A stretch of 42,894 nucleotides of DNA, from contig NMRA01000022.1 of assembly GCA_002633005.1 (NCBI GenBank), positions 448,869 to 491,762 on the forward strand, read 5' to 3'. Under the pieces are notes generated by a model that was given only the letters and a program-made list of their open reading frames with translations, had not been told where the DNA came from and did not search any database. This DNA comes from Phoronis australis (taxonomy: Eukaryota > Animalia > Phoronida). Both the position numbers and the translations under genes were made by a program. This document shows, piece by piece, positions 35,201-42,894 of this stretch. The stretch's first letter is position 1. Every line of letters begins with the position of its first letter.

Positions 35201-38200
35201 CGGTGCGAGGCATAATTCGCCGAAAAGCTTCCAGCGTATGGAGCGCCTATAGGAGCTACATCGCCTCTGGTCGGGCCAACAGAGGCGATGGTCATTGCCC
35301 ATGTTTTAGCAGCATATGTCAAAACACTCGAGCTGAAATTTGGCTACAAGGTGCCCGCGGCCATTACTTGGTTAGTCAGTTTTCCGCAGTGTGGCGTATG
35401 GGGAAACATAGTGTTCAATATTTAGGTTCTCCAAAGGTTTGCTAGTTGTGTTTTTTAAAAATCAGTCAGAACATAAGTCCTAAATGTGGCTTTCGGTGAC
35501 AATATATATAGTAACCAGGGCTCGACGCTATTAAAATCGCCAGGTCGCATTTTGCGACCTAGCCAGAATCCCAGGTCGCATTTCCAAAATCCAGCTCACA
35601 TTCATAAATGCCAGGTCGCAAAATTTTCCCGCCATTTTTACGCGCCAAAATTGATTTTAGATCATCGAGAAAATTTTTAGATTATGCTCTTTCCTGCCGC
35701 GTTAAATGCTCACAAATTTCAGATCCAAAAACTGACTTCGTTCATGCAGGTACGGCGTTACTGTTCTACACGACCGCCTTTGAAAGTCTCTAGAGCGCAA
35801 GTCAAGTTCCCGAAGTGAAAGTTGAATTAGCGCTCTCTAACTGACACGTGCATTCGAGTAGCTAAGTTTGCGATTTGAAAAGGGAGAAAATGCCCGTTGA
35901 AAAAGTATCCGGGATTTTGCTAGGTCTGACCTGCTACTGGCTGTCATCAAAGTCGCTAAAGATTCAAACTAACTCCGAGGGCAAATTCCCTCCGCTTTTT
36001 GTTCGCAGCCCAAATTTTGCAACTTAACTCATGTTTGAAAAACGTCTGTCGAAAAAAAATCCGTGAAACGATGCTTTAACCGAATAAACAATTCAGTGCA
36101 AATTTCACAACAAAAATGTGGTACTTATGCTGTTTACGTACTCAACAATTAGTTTTCCATGAAGTGAATAGCCTCCAAATAATTCCCGACTCCCTCCGTG
36201 CGAGTTTCCATCTGGTAATGGCAAGTTTGCTCAATACCTTCCAGGTACGGGGAAAATAGGTCAGTCACAAAACGACACGCATGTCACTAGTGTTAACTTT
36301 CTTTCGGAGGTATAAAACAAAGCCGGGATTTGGTTTTTACATATTGAGAAAAGACGTTTTTTGAAAATGGAATTTGTTGTGTAAAATGAGAGTGACACAC
36401 CATATAGGCTGCGAGTCAATTTTAAACTACGCGCGGTCGTTTGTAGTGCGATATGATGGGCGCTAGCCTAAACTGTGGGCGCTTAATTGGAAATTCTCAA
36501 AAGTTGAGGGGGAACGCTTAGTAGATCAGTGAGCGCTTATTGTGAAACACTTCAAAGGTAGGGAGTAGGCTTGTGCGTTAGCATAGTCGTTAACCTGAGT
36601 GTTTGGGGTAATAAGATATTAAAAGACTACAATGGTAAGAAACGTTATAATAATACGATTTTGCGAGGCAAACTCCATCTAGTAGGGGTGACTTTCTGCA
36701 TATCGTTACCATACCACCTACTGTACACTGTATCCTTTTTAGCCACCCGGAATAATTTTGTTTATAATTGCCCGCTTCAGCTGGAACATGATTGTTTCTA
36801 TTGGTGGTCCGGGGAGCGAAAAGTTGCAGGGGAGGGGGCGGGGGGAGGTGTATGAAGAGAAGAATAAAAAGTTCGCTAACCACAATTTCGCATCTAGTAA
36901 CCGTTTAGTTGCAATAGCTGGCTACGGGCATACAATATAGGGTTTGGAGAGCATCGACCTCGAGAAACATCGGAACCGGAAAATATCAGTTCTGAGTTAC
37001 ATCCGTCCCGGGGAAAAGCATCAGGTCTATTATAACCGCCGGAAATCTACGAGTTCATTTTCAAATAAACCATTGGCACCCGGGTGCTTAACAGTGCCAA
37101 GCCGGTATACTCTTTCATTTAGGACTGCCGCTGTTCTCTTTTGATGTGCAGCTTTGAAACGGTGTGCACGCGTGAGTTCACGCACTTGAATCGCTGGAAT
37201 AGGCCTACACTTTACGTTGGCAATCATATTTCACGCACGTAGCCCCAGAAACAAGTAATGGGGTTTGAGAATTTCTTGGCAACTGAAAGTAAAGATGTGA
37301 TCGTCGTTTGGGGATTAATAGGTTGTCATTTTCACTTTGGCTGTCTTATGGGATAAAAACGAGGCGTACATAACTAAGTCACGATTGTCTTGCCGGGACC
37401 GCTTGCACGCTAACAACGGGACCGACCAGTAGCGCAGTGCGATATCAGGGATATTGTCGTGGATATTTGGTAAAGGTAATAAGGACAACTTAAGCGAAAA
37501 ACAAACATACAATGTATTTGTCCAACACAAAGTTTGATAAGTTGCTCGCTTAAGAATTAATAGAAACACCAGTGTTTTTTGAGGTTTTATCACGTGTTAT
37601 GTGGCCCGAAACTTTCTTCGGCAAATCCGGAAATTTGCAAAAGTGGCCGAAAATGTTAGCCAATGAAACGCGTCAAAGATCGATTCTGCATATCCCATGG
37701 TCACGCGACTTGCTTACAAGTCATCGGGAGGGCTGTTCTCAGTTAGTGATCTTTTGAACTTGGATTTGGCAACAACCAAGTAATGCCGGGGTCGGATTAA
37801 CAATAGTTGCTTTATATTTGCCAGGTATCTGCCGAGAAGTGTAAAAACTCAGCTCGCATTCGTAGGAAATTCCAGATCGCATTTTGCGACTTGATACGAG
37901 CTGACAAAAATCTCAGCTCGCATTTCCAAATTTCAGGTCGCAAATGCGACCTGCACTCTGCAGCTCGTTATGTCGAGCCCCGGTAACACAACAATTACAT
38001 AAAGGTAAGCCTTTATTTCAGCTAAGAATTTACAACAATACGTAGTATTTTCAATTAAATTTAATGCAAAATGTGCCAAAACGTCCGATGATTAGGTCAC
38101 TTGACTGTAGCAGTGTAGGTCACTGTAGGTATTGGGACTATTGGGGACGATTAGAAGCTAGAGAACGCCTGTGGGTTTATGCATGACATTACAATCACTT

Positions 38201-38294
38201 TACATGTTTCCCTTACCTCAATCAGTAGTGGGAATCCTTTCGTGACATTTTTAATTATATTAGAAGTCAGCATATTATGGGTTAGCAGCTTCAT
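29183..38294 (-). CDS. TRMT112: Multifunctional methyltransferase subunit TRM112-like protein; join(38294..38217, 34180..34079, 31412..31320, 29284..29183), 124 aa
   Basis: Spliced translation [124 protein letters not shown]; all introns GT-AG, phase 0; carries the Trm112 MKLLTHN and CPESGR.FPI..GIPNMLL signatures. Confidence 0.98.
29818..30650 (-). mobile_element. 5'-truncated copy of the Helentron-like satellite element; an extra related monomer lies at about 29650-29817
   Basis: Reverse complement matches the 3' end (hairpin CAACGT-GGG-ACGTTG, AAATGTGCCCA) and several monomers with CCACTAGGxGGC motifs. Confidence 0.78.
30737..31165. mobile_element. MITE with internal inverted motifs
   Basis: CGTCCACACACAGACATACCCTAGAACAAGTT is inverted to AAGTTGTTCTAGGGTAGGCTGTGTGCAGACG; internal GCAACTT/AAGTTGC repeats. 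Confidence 0.65.
31320..31412 (-). CDS. TRMT112: TRMT112 exon 3
   Basis: tttcag / GTAGCC; 93 nt. Confidence 0.97.
32230..32300 (+). mobile_element. tRNA-derived SINE head (degenerate)
   Basis: A box TGGTCAAGTGG 32232-32242, B box AGTTCAAATCC 32276-32286; no cloverleaf. Confidence 0.55.
33030..33750 (-). repeat. Degenerate related satellite monomers
   Basis: Recurrent AAAATGGCCACTAG..., GTCAAATCC..AAAATTGAC and CAAGTTT..AAAGATCC blocks. Confidence 0.55.
34079..34180 (-). CDS. TRMT112: TRMT112 exon 2
   Basis: tctctag / GTGAGT; 102 nt. Confidence 0.97.
34210..34520 (-). mobile_element. Degenerate 5' end and monomer of the Helentron-like family
   Basis: GGCCAGACAGAGATGAC...ATGTGGGCCCAT resembles the reverse complement of the element's left end. 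Confidence 0.6.
35516..37982. mobile_element. Non-autonomous hAT5-like DNA transposon, 2467 bp, 5-bp TSD GTAAC
   Basis: TIR CAGGGCTCGAC / GTCGAGCCCCG (1 mismatch); GTAAC at 35511-35515 and 37983-37987; repeated CAGGTCGCA/TGCGACC subterminal motifs at both ends. Confidence 0.85.
38217..38294 (-). CDS. TRMT112: TRMT112 exon 1
   Basis: ATG at 38294; MKLLTHNML...; donor GTAAGG. Confidence 0.97.
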
Positions 38295-38359
38295 TTTGGA
38301 AACTTCCACGCATCAGAGGCTGTATAGTGCCTGATCTGTTTTATATTCACGTTTCCTTG

Positions 38360-38370
38360 CTTCCGGAAGT
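38360..38370. promoter_or_regulatory. Palindromic ETS-type site CTTCCGGAAGT upstream of TRMT112
   Basis: CCGGAAGT about 70 bp upstream of the ATG; typical of housekeeping promoters. Confidence 0.55.
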
Positions 38371-38528
38371 TTATGCCACTTCGTTCCGACAAGAAAACAC
38401 TTTCGAATACAATGCACTTGCTTCAATAAACGATGGGCGGATTAGGCTACTACCAGGATTGTTTTCATAACTTACGTTCAGTTAATCTGTCTCACTGTAA
38501 GAATATTTTGCATGATTTAGCCTGTAAT

Positions 38529-39150
38529 AGGTGGTTGTTTGAAAGCCGTTCGAAACCAAAGTTAAGAACCTCAGTATGTTTTGCCTGATGAAGAATGTCT
38601 TTGAAGTTGAGACTTACGTGCATTTGGACTTAACTCGGCCTAGTAGGTCAATTCTTGCTCAAATTAGAACCGGAACCCTACAGCTATTGGTTGAGGTTGG
38701 GCGTTTTCGTTCTCTAGATTTTGATGACAGAATTTGCTGTCTTTGTCACACTGATCAGGTCGAAACTGAACTACATTTTCTGTTTGAGTGTCCGTTTTTC
38801 TTAGATGCCAGAAACACCTTTTACTGTCAAGTTGAGATTAAATATCCACGATTCCGTGCAGAAAGCTGTGAAAATAAATTAATTACAATCATGCAAAAAG
38901 ATATTATTACAAAAACTTCAGTTTTCATCAAAAATATTTTTGAACTCAAGGAAAAATTATGTTTATTTATGATCACTTTTATCTCGGCCTTCGCTTTCTG
39001 GTCCTCTTGCAATGCGCGTACACTTGTCTTTTCTTTTTTGTATCATGTATCTAAAGTGACTTATAAGCCCGTGGAGGGCTGGGAGTTCCTAGTCTTTGTA
39101 ACGTATTCATTGTTTAAATTCATTTGAACACATGTCACTATAATAAAAAA

Positions 39151-39202
<52 letters not shown>
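38529..39202 (+). mobile_element. 5'-truncated non-LTR retrotransposon: ORF2 C-terminus, 3' UTR and (TTAC)13 tail (RTE-X-like, clade tentative)
   Basis: KPKLRT...RSILAQIRTG..L.VEVGRF...RICCLC...VETELHFLFECP zinc-knuckle typical of LINE ORF2 ends; AATAAA 39142-39147; microsatellite tail 39151-39202. Confidence 0.88.
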
Positions 39203-39203
<1 letters not shown>

Positions 39204-39358
39204 GCTTACCACAAGAGAGTCTTTTATGCCGGCGGCTCATGCAAAAAACATTAAAATGTATATTCAATTCCATTTAATGAACTCTTCCTGCTACTACTGA
39301 GTTAACCGACTAGAGTCACGGGAAAGTCGAGGGACGGATTTATTCTTTAGCACTGTGA

Positions 39359-40877
39359 CAGCCCGTAGCCAGGGGGTTCGGAGGGTTCGATCCCCCGCGG
39401 CAAAAAGGTCCAGCCCCAGCCTCTCCGTTAAAGCTAGTATATATAGTGGACAACAACAACAACAAAATTGTTGCAGCTACTCGTACTACTAACAACAATG
39501 ATAACCAAGTTAGTAATAATTTTGAATTCTGATTCAAATGAAGTGCTTCACGGCGTATTATCATCGGGCCGTGCCAAAACTTCACCCGCCCGAGTGGTGT
39601 TTGGCAAGTAGGCCTACGTAGATGACAGTATCGTGGTTGCCGATGCTACTGGCTTCATCCTCTTTTTAGAAATGCAAGTTCGTACTCATGTTTTCGTATT
39701 CTTAAGGCATGATGTCGGCAATTTCGCGTGGGCATGAAATCCAAATTAAATGTTTAATTGATTACGCGGGCGTTGCTTTTGGTATGTGACACTGAGCGCA
39801 TCTAATAACGCTCATAGGCCTGTCACGACCAAGATTTCGCTCGTGTTTTACGACCAAAATTGTTCGCCCATGATTCCGACCAGGCTTCGCTCGTGTGATC
39901 AGTACGACCGTAATGACTGCATCCGGCAATAAGAAATTGTTATATTGGTCACGGCGCTCGTATTTTTCGCTCGTAATTTTGGCAAGTATAGTCATTATAT
40001 TTAAGTATGAGTCACGAGACCACCAACCATTAAATCAATACGCAGTTGATATTGTTTTTGAACATTATGGAAATGGTTCGTTTGCGAATGTCTTGAATAT
40101 AGAGTGAGAGATTTACCATTAACGTTTGAAAATTCTACTGCACAACCCCATAAAAGCCGTTTTGAACCAGTACGTGTTTTTTGCAATGTCATGCGTCTTC
40201 TGCACGCATTGTTCAGAGTAAGAGAATGAAACATTGCTTAAACTAAATCAGTGAAAAAAGCATAGTTATTTAAAAAAATGATGTAAAAACATTGTCAAAC
40301 AACCTGCTAGTTAATATACATTTTAGCACTTCAATATGTACTAAAACGGAACACTCTCAAGTGCCGGGATGGATAGGGCAGCAAGTAAAAATATTTCACA
40401 CAATCTTTGATATTTTCAACCTTTTGCACTTATACTTTACACCTGAGATTTTACCTTCTGAATACTTCATAACATGTGAAAACTACGAGCGTGAAATTAC
40501 GAATGTAAAACTACGAATGAAAAATATGAGTGTAAAATTACGAGCGCAGCTGCGTCAGAGCCCACGTTACCAATAAATCACGAGCGAAGTCTCGGTCGTA
40601 ATTACGCGCGACACTTTCACCGGTACTGCCCGCGATATATTCTGGTTCACATTGCATTTTGAGCTGCGTTCTTTGCGAGCAACCGTTACGGCATCCTGAT
40701 TTCTAGTATTACAAATTTCGTCTTATCTCAGGATTGCAGAGCTGATAGCCCCCTAATTCAGCTGCGTCAAGCCTTGGGCCTTACCGAAAATTCTACAGTG
40801 TCGACGTTTGCAAAATATCACGGGTCCGCCGTTCTAGAAATTCGAACCACCCCCCGAGGAATGCTGGCTACCGTGTG
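39359..40877. mobile_element. Degenerate TIR element with a nested inverted-repeat element (about 39825-40599)
   Basis: CAGCCCGTAGCCAG / CTGGCTACCGTGTG (11 of 14 match); inner ACGACCAAGATTTCGCTCGTG / CACGAGCGAAGTCTCGGTCGT; no clean TSD. Confidence 0.55.
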
Positions 40878-41429
40878 AGGCGTGAGCATCATTACAAACT
40901 GCCACGCTGTCTAGATTGATCCAAACTGGTGCCATTTATAAATTATTAAATGTGTCCTGGGGAAGCAATTGCACGCAGCTAGAAATAGGCCTATATAGTA
41001 CGGTACACTGCTGGCGCCTACTAGCTCACGTACACTAGATCCTCCTGTATTACGCCAGCCAATTATCTCGCCATGGTTCATTCATGCTGGTGTCTCGTTC
41101 ATGGATTCCGAGAGAACAGTCTGGTTGTATCCACACTGTAGACTGCTCCGGTGTTCTGCAGCGATGAAATTATATTCCAAAGCACAAAATTAATTATAGT
41201 GGAAAGACAAGTAGACAAGTTGACGTCACTTGATTTTTTTCGTAAGTGGTAGCCTAGTCAGTGATAATTGATTATAAACCCGCCTTGTCACCACAAAAGC
41301 CATATTAAAAATATTAAAATTGGTGTCAAATGGTTTCTAGACAGTCAAATTTGACATGATTTTGCAGGGCTCGAAACAACTGTCAATATATTGTTGACAG
41401 TTCGCTTTTGCTACGTGGCCGTCGGTGCT

Positions 41430-42580
41430 CCTTCAAGGACGGGGCTCCTAAATATGAAAATATCTATATTTTCGAATATCAGGAAATGCGCAGCAATTGA
41501 TGTTATCTGTCAGGTCACCAATTTTTCTCAAGTGATATACAGTTTCGAGAAAAAAAAAATAAAGCGAAAGTTGCCTCCGTTATCCCTTGCCAGAGAGGGG
41601 CATATGGAAAAATATAGTTTTGCATTCGCAAAATTGACTTATTGAATTTAAACATCCAGTAAATTAGTACGCTCCGCAAAAGCTTCGCTTCACAAAATTT
41701 CTAGATTTTTCGAAATATATGTGTGCGTTTAAACGACTTTTGCTGCAAAAGCAAAGACCCTAACGACAGTGTCCTGGCCAGGGTCCTCAAAAGGTAAACC
41801 GTGCACTGATGCAGATTTGTTAAGTGTTCTCTTGAATTTTCTCTCATCCGTTTTTCGCAGTCTTTCTTTTCTCGACTAACCCTGGCACTACGCCTATGTC
41901 GGTTGCCACGGTTTAACCCAGACGCCTGAAAAATTTTGGGGGGCCCTTGCCCCCCCTCAACATTTTTAGTTGCCTAAACCCCTTTTACACACACTCACCT
42001 TTTTCGTATGCGAATTTTCTTATGCTAAAAATCGGTGTGTGTAGACAGATATTCCAACTAAAATTTTGGTGGCGTACGACATACTCAGGACCGTAGGAAG
42101 CGGAAGGATCGGGGGGGGGGCACGTGGCTCCCCAAAAAAATTAGGCATCAGGGTTAAATCGTGGCAGCAGACATAGGCCGGGAATAGTCGAGAAAAGAAA
42201 GACTACGAAATACGGAAAAAACGAGAAAATTCAGGAGAACATTTAACAACTCGGTATCATTACATGGATTACCTATTGAGGACCTCTGCAGTACAGGTCG
42301 CTTAAATGCACTTGAAAGCGAGCACGTAATCATTCATACACATATTTCGAGAAAATTTGTAAAGCTAAGGTTTTGCGGAGAGTACTAATTTACTGGGTTT
42401 TTAAATTGAATAAGTCAATTTTCCGAATGCAAAACCCCTTTCTGGCAAGCGATAACGGAGACAACTTTCGCCTTATTTTTTCTCTAAACTGTATATCATT
42501 AGACATAAAATTGATAACCTGACAGATAACATTAATTGCTGCGCATTTTATGAATTTTAGGGGCTTCGCCCTTAAAGGAG
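41430..42580. repeat. Large imperfect inverted repeat, arms about 41430-41950 and 42125-42580
   Basis: Colinear reverse-complement blocks, e.g. GCGCAGCAATTGATGTTATCTGTCAGGT / ACCTGACAGATAACATTAATTGCTGCGC and TCTTTCTTTTCTCGACTA / TAGTCGAGAAAAGAAAGA. Confidence 0.9.
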
Positions 42581-42828
42581 GCCATTGATGGTATTCACCC
42601 TTTTTGTGTTTTTATGGGCCGCTCACGGAGAGAGGTCGAAATGTTGGAATCGATTACATCTATTTTGCTGTTTTTTGTGAAATCGTGCAACCGGCTTTCA
42701 CTTCCTGCACCGTTTTGTGACCACATGACGGTGGAGTGAACTGTTACTCTTTTTTCCAAGCTTAATGATGTTTAGCATTTCATCTTAAGGTGTCCCATTT
42801 TAGACGGGACCGTCTCTCGGTGGAGCAG

Positions 42829-42894
42829 CAGTGGCGGATCTACGTTTTCAGTAAGGGGGGGCTTAGGATTCCCGCAAAGGTCGAATCCGAGGCG
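42829..42894 (+). mobile_element. Left end of a probable MITE running out of the window
   Basis: CAGTGGCGGATCTA followed by a G-run, a common TIR type; partner end not visible. Confidence 0.4.

Overview
AT-rich animal (probably marine invertebrate) genomic DNA with two convergent intron-rich housekeeping genes. Nucleoporin NUP107 is on + (21 coding exons traced from 888 to 23246, about 906 codons; the last exon is not visible and probably lies in the 766-nt N gap). TRMT112 is on - (4 exons, 38294 to 29183, 124 aa, complete). NUP107 contains a U12-type (minor spliceosome) intron and hosts two paralogous intronic C/D-box snoRNA candidates that share one guide. Introns and flanks hold many non-autonomous transposons: Helentron/DINE-like elements with a roughly 148-bp satellite whose monomers carry a CTCF-like motif, a Kolobok-like element, hAT-like elements with 5- and 6-bp TSDs, MITEs, tRNA-derived SINE heads, a LINE 3' end and a decayed THAP-domain sequence. 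Two tandem duplications each joined by a single N look like haplotype assembly artefacts. Most ORFs in the supplied track are spurious or exon read-throughs. Everything was read by eye; no database searches were run.
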